Positions 7,251-15,485 of a stretch of DNA of 30,189 bases are shown in pieces. The translations under genes were made by a program, and so were the position numbers. The stretch is taken from the NCBI GenBank assembly GCA_049964835.1, contig JBMFWW010000008.1, forward strand, positions 1-30,189, written 5' to 3'. Position 1 is the stretch's first letter; each line of letters opens with the position of its first letter. The notes beneath the pieces are model-generated. The model did no database searches and had not been told where the DNA came from. It saw only the letters and a program-made list of their open reading frames with translations. The stretch comes from Candidatus Micrarchaeia archaeon (GTDB taxonomy: Archaea; Micrarchaeota; Micrarchaeia; Micrarchaeales; CABMGC01).

Positions 7251-8472
7251 CTTTGTTTCTGCCTAATTTTTGGTGTGCCTTTCCAAGCTCTCTTTTAGCT
7301 AGGGCACTTAAAAGATTTAATTCTCCCGCTAAAACAGCTGCAGTTATTATCTCTGCAAATTTTTTAGAGTTGTTTCCTACTGCTTCCTTGTTGTCTATGC
7401 CTAATATAAATAAAGATTCCTTCTGCTGCTCGAGGGAGGTTCCACCACCTACAGTTCCTACCTCTAGCGATGGCAGGGTGACCGAGATATAAAGTGAGTT
7501 GTTTCTTACCTCTGTCCAAGTATATCCACTACTGCTTTCAACTACCTGTGCGATATCTTGGCCCGTTGCAGCAAAGATTGAAGCAATAACATTTGCAAAG
7601 TGTGCGTTATGTTTGCTGCTACCGGCTCTTGAACTACCAAGCATATTTTTCTTCAAGTTCACTATATTTATTCTATCTGCAGAAACGCCTAAGTTCTTTT
7701 CTAGCACCTCCTTTTTAATAAGGCAATCAGCAACAACACCTTTGCCTCTTCCAAGTAGTTCATTTATATATGATTCTTTTTTATCAGAACACATATTTCC
7801 ACTAACAGCGACAAGTTTTGCGCCAGGAAAGCTTTTTTCTATATACTTACATATCTCTTCTGAAGCTATTGTAAGCATATTCATACCCATAGCATCTCCC
7901 GTATGCATAGATACTCTTATCCATACATTATTTCCAACTATAAAAGAATCAATAGACCTTACCTTTCCATGAGATGTTGTCCTGTTTCCTATCTCTGATA
8001 ATTTGTCTTTATTTTTCTCAATCCATTCTTTAAGCAGAACGGCCTTTTCAATAGATTCAAGTTCAAAGACAGGAGATCTAGCCATGCTGTCATTGTATAT
8101 ACGAACAGAAACGCCTCCAGATTCATTAAGCATCTTCATGCCTCTAGATACGCTTGCTATAAGAGCTCCTTCAGTTGTAGCCATAGGTACATAAAATGAG
8201 CCCTTAGCGTAAGCGCCATTTATAATTATAGGCCCAGAAATGCCCAAAGGAATACTTATACTTCCTATTATATTTTCTCCGTTTTTGTTTATTATCTTAT
8301 CATAAAAAACTCTTTGATTAGCTATGTTATCCAGCTTTGTTTTAGTTACTCTTTCTACAACACTTCTTCTTATTCTTACGGCGTCTTCTGGCTTAGCATG
8401 TTCCTCTATTTTATGAAAAGCTATTTCTCCATTGATTATCTTTGTAATAAGTTTTTCTTCATCAGTATCCAT
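7243..8472 (-). CDS. hmgA: Hydroxymethylglutaryl-CoA reductase, class I (NADPH)
   Basis: ENIIG, PMATTEGALIAS, TGDAMGMNM, SGNMCSDKK, TGQDIAQ, VGTVGGGT, and the catalytic His in AHQKLGR. Probable ATG at 8472. Confidence 0.96.
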   Translation of the reverse strand: MDTDEEKLITKIINGEIAFHKIEEHAKPEDAVRIRRSVVERVTKTKLDNIANQRVFYDKIINKNGENIIGSISIPLGISGPIIINGAYAKGSFYVPMATTEGALIASVSRGMKMLNESGGVSVRIYNDSMARSPVFELESIEKAVLLKEWIEKNKDKLSEIGNRTTSHGKVRSIDSFIVGNNVWIRVSMHTGDAMGMNMLTIASEEICKYIEKSFPGAKLVAVSGNMCSDKKESYINELLGRGKGVVADCLIKKEVLEKNLGVSADRINIVNLKKNMLGSSRAGSSKHNAHFANVIASIFAATGQDIAQVVESSSGYTWTEVRNNSLYISVTLPSLEVGTVGGGTSLEQQKESLFILGIDNKEAVGNNSKKFAEIITAAVLAGELNLLSALAKRELGKAHQKLGRNKGE

Positions 8473-8605
8473 AATATCACTTTTATAACATACTAACAAT
8501 AAGTATTTTAGCTTAAGTTTATTTACGTCAGTTGCATAACTATATACTAAGGTTATAAATCTATTGGTATACCTTAACTATTTGGTGTTACCAGAAAGTG
8601 TTAAT

Positions 8606-10351
8606 ATGTCAAGTGTTAGTGTAAGGATAGCAGGAGCAAATGGAGATGGAGTAGAGTCTAGCGGTGCTTTATTAGTCAAGATAGCCGCGAGAAATGGCTT
8701 AAAGGTTTTTGGTTATAGAGGTTACCAATCAATAATACGTGGTGGTCATGTATGGTATCAGGTTAAGCTAGGAGATGAAAAGCTTCATGACCATGGCGAT
8801 AAAATAGATATTCTTGTCGCGCTAAATCAAGACTCAATAAACAATCAAAGCTCTCATTTAAATACAGAAGCGTCAACTACATTTGTAATATATGATAATA
8901 CTAAGGTTAATGTAGACTCTCTAAAAAATACAAATGCTAAATTCATAGGATTACCATTATTAGATATAGCTGTATCTACAAGCGGAGATCCAATAATGAG
9001 AAATACAGTTGCAATAGCCGTTGTAATAAAGCTTCTTGGAATGCAGTTTTCTGCATTCGAAACTGTAATAAATTCAATGTTTGGAAGAAAGGGTCTTGCT
9101 GTAGTAAAGAGTAATGTAGACGCGGGTTCAAAAGGTTTTAATTATCCAGGTGTAGAGCCATTTTACAAGTTAACTGGAGATAATAAGCAGAGATACTCAA
9201 TGGATGGAAATACGGCTCTATCAATAGGTGCATATACCTCTAATTGCAAGTTTTACTCTGCATATCCTATGACTCCTGCAAGCGGCATACTTCATTGGTT
9301 TGCTGCACATGATCATAAGGGAGTCTTATTCAAGCAAACTGAGGACGAAATAGCAGCAATAAATATGGCAATAGGCGCTTCATATGCTGGTGTTAGATCA
9401 ATGTGCGGTACAAGTGGAGGAGGTTTTTCATTGATGGTAGAAGCTTTGGGCTTTGCTGGAATGATAGAAACACCTCTTGTTGTAGTCGAGTCACAAAGAA
9501 CTGGGCCTAGCACCGGTCTTCCTACAAAGACTGAGCAAGCAGATCTTCTTTTTGTGATGCACGCCTCACAAGGTGAGTACCCAAGAATAGTCGTAGCCCC
9601 AAGGGACATAGATGAGTGCTTTACAATAGCTACTCAAGCATTTAATCTTGCTGACAAATATCAATGCCCTGTAATAATATTAATGGATTTATTTATTTCT
9701 GAGCATATAGAAACTGTTGATGGATTTGATTTTGATTCTGTAAAAATAGAAAGAGGAAAGGTCGTTAATAGTAATCAAAACGGAGGGAGATTCAAACGTT
9801 ATCAATACTCTGAAGATGGAGTTTCCCCTAGAGCATTTCCAGGTACTGCCGGAACAGAGTTCATAGCGCCATCAGATGAACACGATGAGTATGGCGATCT
9901 TGTAAGCGATGCATTTTCAGGACTTGATGCGTATGTAGATGTAAGAGTAAAGATGCATGAAAAGAGGATGTCAAAGTTAGAGAGCATGCTAAAGTTTGAG
10001 TCATACTTTGTTCCGAATGTAGAAAATGATTCGGCTAAGTACTTTTTTGTAACATTCGGTTCAACAACTCAAGCTACAAGAGAAGCAGTTGCAATACTTA
10101 AGAAAAAAGGAGTTGAGTTTGGAATAATCTCATTTAATTATCTATTTCCATTAGATAAAGAAAAGACATTAGCAATTCTAAAGGATAAAAAACTAATAGA
10201 TGTAGAGTGCAACTACACTGCCCAACTGGCACAAGTAATAATGATGAATACAGGAATAGATATTAAGAATAAAATATTAAAGTATGATGGTGAAGCAATA
10301 ACCGGTGCAGAGATAGCCAAAAAGGCTGAAACCATCTACCAAAAACTGTGA
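8606..10351 (+). CDS. korA: 2-oxoacid:ferredoxin oxidoreductase, alpha subunit (fused gamma-alpha)
   Basis: IAGANGDGVES, YQSIIRGGH, AYPMTPAS, QTEDEIAAI, TSGGGFSLM, QRTGPSTGLPTKTEQAD. Probable ATG at 8606. Confidence 0.94.
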   Translation: MSSVSVRIAGANGDGVESSGALLVKIAARNGLKVFGYRGYQSIIRGGHVWYQVKLGDEKLHDHGDKIDILVALNQDSINNQSSHLNTEASTTFVIYDNTKVNVDSLKNTNAKFIGLPLLDIAVSTSGDPIMRNTVAIAVVIKLLGMQFSAFETVINSMFGRKGLAVVKSNVDAGSKGFNYPGVEPFYKLTGDNKQRYSMDGNTALSIGAYTSNCKFYSAYPMTPASGILHWFAAHDHKGVLFKQTEDEIAAINMAIGASYAGVRSMCGTSGGGFSLMVEALGFAGMIETPLVVVESQRTGPSTGLPTKTEQADLLFVMHASQGEYPRIVVAPRDIDECFTIATQAFNLADKYQCPVIILMDLFISEHIETVDGFDFDSVKIERGKVVNSNQNGGRFKRYQYSEDGVSPRAFPGTAGTEFIAPSDEHDEYGDLVSDAFSGLDAYVDVRVKMHEKRMSKLESMLKFESYFVPNVENDSAKYFFVTFGSTTQATREAVAILKKKGVEFGIISFNYLFPLDKEKTLAILKDKKLIDVECNYTAQLAQVIMMNTGIDIKNKILKYDGEAITGAEIAKKAETIYQKL

Positions 10352-10355
10352 TTTT

Positions 10356-11276
10356 ATGGCAGAAAATAATACAACTTCGAATATTAAAAATATGGCTCAA
10401 GGAGCACAGACAAAACAGGTTTATACCTCTACAAACAAGCCTATATGGTGTGCAGGATGTGGAGACTATTCGGTATTTGCCTCTATAAACAAGGCCCTTA
10501 TGGAGCTTAATATAGAAAAAAGAAATGTTGCAATTGTATCTGGAATAGGATGCAGCTCAGCAATGCCTCACTCATTTAGCACTTACGGTGTTCATAGTCT
10601 TCATGGGCGTTTGCTTCCTGTAGCTAGCGGTATAAAGCTAGCTAACTCAGCTCTTACAGTTATAGGCACGGGAGGTGACGGGGATGGTTATGGGATAGGT
10701 GGTGGACATTTACTTCATACAGCAAGAAGAAATCTTGATATGACGTATATAATTATGGATAATGAGACATATGGTTTAACTACTGGTCAAACATCTCCTA
10801 CTGCTTTACTAGGTCATAAAACTAAGTCAACTCCTTTTGGAGTAATTGAAATGCCAATAAATCCAATGGCTTTTGCAATAAGTGCAGGTGCAACTTATGT
10901 CGCAAGAGGTTTTTCAGGAGATCCTACCCATCTTTCGCAGTTAATAAAGGGTGGCATTGAACATAAGGGTTTTGCTTTAATAGATATCTTTAGTCCTTGC
11001 GTTACATTTAATCATGATAATACTTATGATTGGTTCCGTTCTAGAGTTTATAAACTTGAGTCTGCAGGTCACGATCCATCAAATATAAATATGGCAATGG
11101 AAAAGGCATTTGAGGATGTTCAGACAAAGTATGAAAAGATGCCAATAGGCCTTTTCTACAAAACTCAAAGACCTACTTATGAAGAGCTAGAACTTTCATT
11201 CCAAAATGGGCCTTTAGTAACGCAAGCATCGCCAACAAAAGAACAAATAACCTCAATACTAAATGAAAATTTATAA
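10356..11276 (+). CDS. korB: 2-oxoacid:ferredoxin oxidoreductase, beta subunit (TPP-binding)
   Basis: WCAGCGDY, SGIGCS, LHGR, GGDGDG, DNETYGLTTGQTSPT, SPCVTFN. Confidence 0.95.
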   Translation: MAENNTTSNIKNMAQGAQTKQVYTSTNKPIWCAGCGDYSVFASINKALMELNIEKRNVAIVSGIGCSSAMPHSFSTYGVHSLHGRLLPVASGIKLANSALTVIGTGGDGDGYGIGGGHLLHTARRNLDMTYIIMDNETYGLTTGQTSPTALLGHKTKSTPFGVIEMPINPMAFAISAGATYVARGFSGDPTHLSQLIKGGIEHKGFALIDIFSPCVTFNHDNTYDWFRSRVYKLESAGHDPSNINMAMEKAFEDVQTKYEKMPIGLFYKTQRPTYEELELSFQNGPLVTQASPTKEQITSILNENL

Positions 11277-11333
11277 TTCATAAAGCAAAAAGTTATTTTA
11301 TTTTTGATATTATTTTTATTTTTTAACAATCTC

Positions 11334-11626
11334 TTACTCACAGATTTGATATATTTTATTCATTAAGTATTTAACAGATACTCTCACGTTTGTTGAACCT
11401 CTTTTTAATCTTTTAAGTGTAATATTTATTCTTAAACCCAGAAGTAAAGGGTTACCAGTTATTTTTCATTAGTTACGCCATATTTTATTAATTCACTATA
11501 CTTTTTTCTTAAAGTTTCTGGATCTCTGCCTAAAAGTTGTGTGTTTGTTGCAATACTATCCTTCTCAACCCCCTCTCGTCTAGTAAGAATAAACCATTTT
11601 GTCTTATCTCGAAATAAGGTCTTCAC
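11334..11626 (-). pseudogene. Frameshifted remnant of an mTERF-like 31-aa repeat protein
   Basis: Manual translation gives GVEKDSIATNTQLLGRDPETLRKKYSELIKY-GVTNEK*. Adding one A to the A5 run at 11462-11466 continues it as GVTNEKITGNPLLLG, a second repeat unit. Confidence 0.5.
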
Positions 11627-11659
11627 AATAAAGGAATATGATTATGTAAAAAGTATACA

Positions 11660-11861
11660 AATCATGAAGAAGTTGACAAATAGAGGAATGAGATGGACTA
11701 AGTTGTTGAGTGTTATAACAATATGCCACATCTGAGTCTTGACACTACTCAAAAAATTGCATATTTTGAGAAGATGACACGAAAAATGGTTGAATACAAA
11801 ACAAATAAAAGGTGAAATGATGAGATTAATTATCGAGAGGACATTAAATCGGGATACTACA
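11660..11861 (+). mobile_element. Decayed 3' end of an IS481-like (integrase-core) transposase and its right end
   Basis: A frame with internal stops reads EMD*VVECYNNMPHLSLDTTQKIAYFEKM, resembling the rve C-terminal YN..RPH.SL motif. It is followed by TCGGGATACTACA, ending in ACA as in the TGT...ACA ends of IS481. Confidence 0.45.
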
Positions 11862-11883
11862 TTTGATGAATTTTAATAAGATA

Positions 11884-12122
11884 TGTGGTGCGCCGTAGCC
11901 CCTCTTCTGTTTTAGGTGACATTAGACTAAGCGGCGTATATTCGCCTTGCATGCTCATCGTACGCACATCGGCACGTTTCATCTCTTCATCATCGCTCGT
12001 AATGTCATCGCTTATGCTGATTAAGAGTATCGTTTCTGTTCCGAATAAGGCCTTAAGCCACACGTACTCTGCATGGAGAGAGCTTCCTCAGCCATATGGC
12101 CGTAAATCACCCGCGCACCACA
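11884..12122 (-). ncRNA. rnpB: Archaeal RNase P RNA, reduced type-M-like architecture
   Basis: 10-bp P1 (TGTGGTGCGC/GCGCACCACA) and P2 GGGUGAU/GUCACCU. CR-I GAGGAAGCUCUCUCC pairs with CR-V ACAGAAGAGGGGCU to form P4 with the bulged U. CR-II ACAGAAACG, CR-III UGAAACG, CR-IV GCUUAGUCUAAUG. TATA box at 12152-12145. Confidence 0.93.
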
Positions 12123-12154
12123 ATTTATATATGTTTTTAATAGATATATAAATT
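12122..12154. promoter_or_regulatory. Overlapping divergent TATA boxes for rnpB (-) and the BofA-like gene (+)
   Basis: 11-bp inverted repeat AATTTATATAT...ATATATAAATT. Each TTTATATA lies about 25-30 nt upstream of the respective 5' end. Confidence 0.6.
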
Positions 12155-12155
12155 C

Positions 12156-12479
12156 ATGCTTGATTTATTATTAACTACTTTTATTCTTTCTACAGTTATA
12201 TCTCCCTTATCTGCATTAGGAGGTTACATATTACTAGCAATACTTGCAGTAATACTAATTTATATAATAATAATATTAGGGAAATCAATAGTCAAGTTTT
12301 TAATAGGTTTAGTTGTAAACACAATACTCGGAATAATAGCACTCTTGATTCTTGATTTTGTTTTCTCATTTGGTATACCTTTATCACTACCTGTAATACT
12401 AGCAACAGCTCTTTTTGGGCTTCCGGGTGTTGGTGCAATAGCTCTCTTAAAACTTTTAGGCGTAATCTCATTTATTTGA
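12156..12479 (+). CDS. Pro-sigmaK processing inhibitor BofA-family membrane protein
   Basis: LVVNTILGIIALLIL...IPLSLPVILATALFGLPGVG matches the BofA family pattern. Three TM segments. Confidence 0.7.
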   Translation: MLDLLLTTFILSTVISPLSALGGYILLAILAVILIYIIIILGKSIVKFLIGLVVNTILGIIALLILDFVFSFGIPLSLPVILATALFGLPGVGAIALLKLLGVISFI

Positions 12480-12622
12480 AATTAGTAATATATTAATTCT
12501 AAAATTTTTAGCCAAAATAAAGTCCAATCTTATTAATCAATCTTCATATCGTAAAAATTCATGCAGAGTGAGAATATTTTGATAAGACTTAAATATATTT
12601 GTGCATATTTTTATACGAGCTA

Positions 12623-13963
12623 ATGGAAAAGATAGGTTTAATCGGAGCAACCGCTATAGGTTTGGGCGCGATAATAGGTGCGGGTATCTTTGTTCTAAGT
12701 GGAGTTGCAATAACACTTTCCGGTTCTGGCGCACTTCTAGCGTTTTTACTAACTGGTTTTGTAGCAATTTTGGTTGCATTCGAAACTGGAGAACTTTCAT
12801 CAAGAATGCCTAAGGAGGAAGGCGCAGCCTATTCATTTTCTTATAAGGTTTTTGGGAGCGAGCTTGGTTTTATTACAGGTATGCTAAGACTTCTATCATT
12901 TATAGCAGCAATAGCGGCGATAGCAGTAGGATTTGGTTCATACTTTGTATCATTTATAGGCATATCTCAAAGCTTTGCCCCATTATTTTCAGTTATTCTA
13001 ATAATAATTCTGGGCTACATAACACATAAAGGAATAAGAAAAGCTGCTAGAACTGATACTGCTTTAGTAACCTTTAAAGTCATTGTGCTTATAATCTTCG
13101 TAATATTCGGAATATATGCGGGCAAAGCGGCAAATATAACTCTAGATGGCTTCTTCTCAAGTGGTCTATCTGGGATCTTTGCAGCCGGAGTGCTCTCCAT
13201 GTTCGCATACTCTGGCTTTCAATCAATAGCTAGCATAACACCATACATAAAAGGTGGCGGCAAAACTGCAGCTAAGGCAATTATTTTATCAGTAATAATA
13301 AGTGCTATACTTTACGTTAGCGTTACAATAGCTATGCTTATGTTAGCTCCAAAATCAGCTTATGCCTTATCTGGAGATCCCCTTTCAATAGCTCTTAAAT
13401 CAGGATCAGCTCCTATTACATTATTTTTACTAGTTGATATAGCAGCAATGGTTGCTACTGCAAGCGCAACGCTTTCAATGATTGTAGGATGCGAATTGCT
13501 AATATTTCAAATGGCTAAAGATGGTCTTTTGCCTAAATTACTAAAAACTGATCGCTCAGGAAAGAGCTCGCAAAAGAACGCTTTAATAACTACAGTTCTT
13601 TTAGGTATCTCATTTCTTTCTGCAGGAAATATTTACATTATAGCTGCAATAAGTAACTTTGGAACAGTATTTAGCTATTTAATAAACAGCTTCGCTTTAT
13701 TAAAAATAAGAACACTTGAAAATGCTAAAAAACATAAAACCCTTCTTGCAAGTATTGGGCTTTCTAAAGATAATTTATTTTTAACACCACTATATCCATA
13801 TATTCCTATAGTTGCATCTGTAGTGCTTTTTCTATTCTTTTTCGGTTTTCCTGCAGATGCACTCGCCGGTGGATTAGTAGCAATAATGTTAAGTTTGTCA
13901 GTATATTATTTACTTAAGGAGATAAAGGAAAAACCCATAATAAAGGTACGACTGTTTAAGTGA
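12623..13963 (+). CDS. APC-superfamily amino acid permease
   Basis: AIIGAGIF (TM1), GELSSRMP..GAAYSF, FAYSGFQ (TM6), FQMAKDGLLP, PLYPYIP; about 12 TM segments. Confidence 0.92.
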   Translation: MEKIGLIGATAIGLGAIIGAGIFVLSGVAITLSGSGALLAFLLTGFVAILVAFETGELSSRMPKEEGAAYSFSYKVFGSELGFITGMLRLLSFIAAIAAIAVGFGSYFVSFIGISQSFAPLFSVILIIILGYITHKGIRKAARTDTALVTFKVIVLIIFVIFGIYAGKAANITLDGFFSSGLSGIFAAGVLSMFAYSGFQSIASITPYIKGGGKTAAKAIILSVIISAILYVSVTIAMLMLAPKSAYALSGDPLSIALKSGSAPITLFLLVDIAAMVATASATLSMIVGCELLIFQMAKDGLLPKLLKTDRSGKSSQKNALITTVLLGISFLSAGNIYIIAAISNFGTVFSYLINSFALLKIRTLENAKKHKTLLASIGLSKDNLFLTPLYPYIPIVASVVLFLFFFGFPADALAGGLVAIMLSLSVYYLLKEIKEKPIIKVRLFK

Positions 13964-13992
13964 CATCCTCTATCTCTAAAAGTGTGGGCTTT
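13960..13992 (-). mobile_element. Degenerate IS200/IS605-type right end (MITE-like remnant, possibly extending to about 14040)
   Basis: Minus strand reads AAAGCCCACACTTTTAGAGATAGAGGATGTCAC, compared with GAAGCCCACGCCGTTTACGGGTGGGAGGATGTCAC at 41-75. Confidence 0.65.
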
Positions 13993-14060
13993 ATGCTCAC
14001 CTTAATAAATTAGTGAAAAGTTTCATCCGAACTAAAATGTAAATAACAAAAGCAAACTTT

Positions 14061-14255
14061 TTACTTTGCCAAATCTATATCTGCCTTTTTAATTGTAGTT
14101 CTTTTTGCATGTGCAGAAAGTTTTACCGCTTTATTGCTTATGGTATATGCTATCTTGTTTAATGTATCTGCAAACTCTGCTGCGGCTTCATCGCTTACCC
14201 TCTTAGCTCCAGATGCAACGAGTATTTTTTTAGCTGTCATTTTTGTTATTGGCAT
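14061..14255 (-). CDS. Archaeal histone (HMf-like single fold, 64 aa)
   Basis: MPITKMTAKKILVASGAKRVSDEAA...A.KLSAHAKRTTIKKADIDLAK, with the RVS and HAKRxTIxxxD histone-fold motifs. The ORF-track start at 14405 is over-extended. Confidence 0.92.
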   Translation of the reverse strand: MPITKMTAKKILVASGAKRVSDEAAAEFADTLNKIAYTISNKAVKLSAHAKRTTIKKADIDLAK

Positions 14256-14306
14256 ATGGTAATTTTGTAAGTATCTTATTAAAAACTTTATCTTACTAAT
14301 CTTATC

Positions 14307-14810
14307 ATGGAATACATCAAATATAGAAAGCTTATGAAAAAGGACATAAAGAAACTTAGTGCTCTTATTATAAAAATATATAATGAACTTCCAGAATCTA
14401 TGCACTTCAATAACAAGCCTACAAAAAAGTTAGTACGTGAAATTTTAACCTCTAAACTAACACTTCAAAAAGGCTTAAATCTAGTTGATATTATAGCTCT
14501 AGATAAAAATGAAAATGTAATTGGAGAGTGCGAAATTGTTAAAAAATATGACTTAAAAAACGATTTTTACGGCATAATAGGAATAATAGTTGATAGCTCT
14601 TCAAGAAATAAAAATATAGGTACAACTCTTCTTAACAATGCAATATCAAAAACCTCTAGACTAGAGATAAAAAAGTTAGTTGCGGAGGTATCGCAAAAAA
14701 ACAAACCAGCAATAAACTTCTTTATCAAAAACAAGTTCAAAGAAAAAGAAGAAGCAATAAAAAAAGTGAAAAACAATGATTTTATACTTACCTTTGAAAA
14801 GAATTTATGA
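14307..14810 (+). CDS. GNAT-family N-acetyltransferase
   Basis: VIGECEI, GIIVDSSSRNKNIGTTLL (acetyl-CoA motif A), V..KNKPAINFFIKNKF. Confidence 0.88.
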   Translation: MEYIKYRKLMKKDIKKLSALIIKIYNELPESMHFNNKPTKKLVREILTSKLTLQKGLNLVDIIALDKNENVIGECEIVKKYDLKNDFYGIIGIIVDSSSRNKNIGTTLLNNAISKTSRLEIKKLVAEVSQKNKPAINFFIKNKFKEKEEAIKKVKNNDFILTFEKNL

Positions 14811-15428
14811 TGAGTTATATACTGTAGCTACTGATCCATTACTTCCATATAACAATGCATAAACCGAGTAATTTGATTTTAGAGCGGTATAATCAATAAC
14901 CCAAACCTCTTTGTACTTCTTCCCTTCGTAAACTGTTGTGTTGAAGTACTTTGCAGTTACAGAAACATTAGAGAAACCATACTTACTTACAAAATTATTT
15001 ATACTGCTAATATTAGCATCATAACTTTGAGTTATCGCTGCAGGATATGACCCTATAATATCACCTTGATTTAATCCCTTTTGATATAATACGCAGTTTT
15101 GTGTGTATATATTTTCTACCTTGTAAACAAAGTTATACTTAGGATAATCAAATGAGTATACTCCATAATCTGGACATGGCGTAGTGGCATTTTGTACTAC
15201 TGATGCTATAATGTGCCAGCTGCCTTGATATTGAGAAGCAGATACATTAGTTATATTTATTTGAGCTCCTTGGAATGTATTCTGAAGGTCATTTAAAACA
15301 AGGGTTTCTGCTTGAGCCTTAGTAACAATATAACTTCCAAAAACTCCTGCACTTTGTAAATAATACAATAAAAATACTATTAAAATAAATATTACAGCGA
15401 TTATAGCGGTTTTACTTAATAAGTCCAT
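14805..15428 (-). CDS. Membrane-anchored exported (probable surface glyco)protein
   Basis: N-terminal hydrophobic anchor, S/T/N/Y-rich, 9 N-x-S/T sequons, 2 Cys. Probable ATG at 15428. Confidence 0.75.
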   Translation of the reverse strand: MDLLSKTAIIAVIFILIVFLLYYLQSAGVFGSYIVTKAQAETLVLNDLQNTFQGAQINITNVSASQYQGSWHIIASVVQNATTPCPDYGVYSFDYPKYNFVYKVENIYTQNCVLYQKGLNQGDIIGSYPAAITQSYDANISSINNFVSKYGFSNVSVTAKYFNTTVYEGKKYKEVWVIDYTALKSNYSVYALLYGSNGSVATVYNSS

Positions 15429-15485
15429 AAAAGTATTATTATAAGAATAAATATAAAAAGATGTGGATAATATCAAAACGTATCA

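Noticed and set aside
11541..11735. 64-aa + strand ORF
   Set aside because: No motif; it spans two unrelated remnants that are better explained in other frames.
11857..12151. ORFs 11857-12063 (-) and 11885-12151 (+)
   Set aside because: They overlap the RNase P RNA gene, and its GC-rich structure explains the open frames.
14256..14405. 50-aa N-terminal extension ('tail') of the histone in the ORF track
   Set aside because: It overlaps the divergent GNAT gene and is hydrophobic antisense-like sequence; the fold starts at Met 14255.
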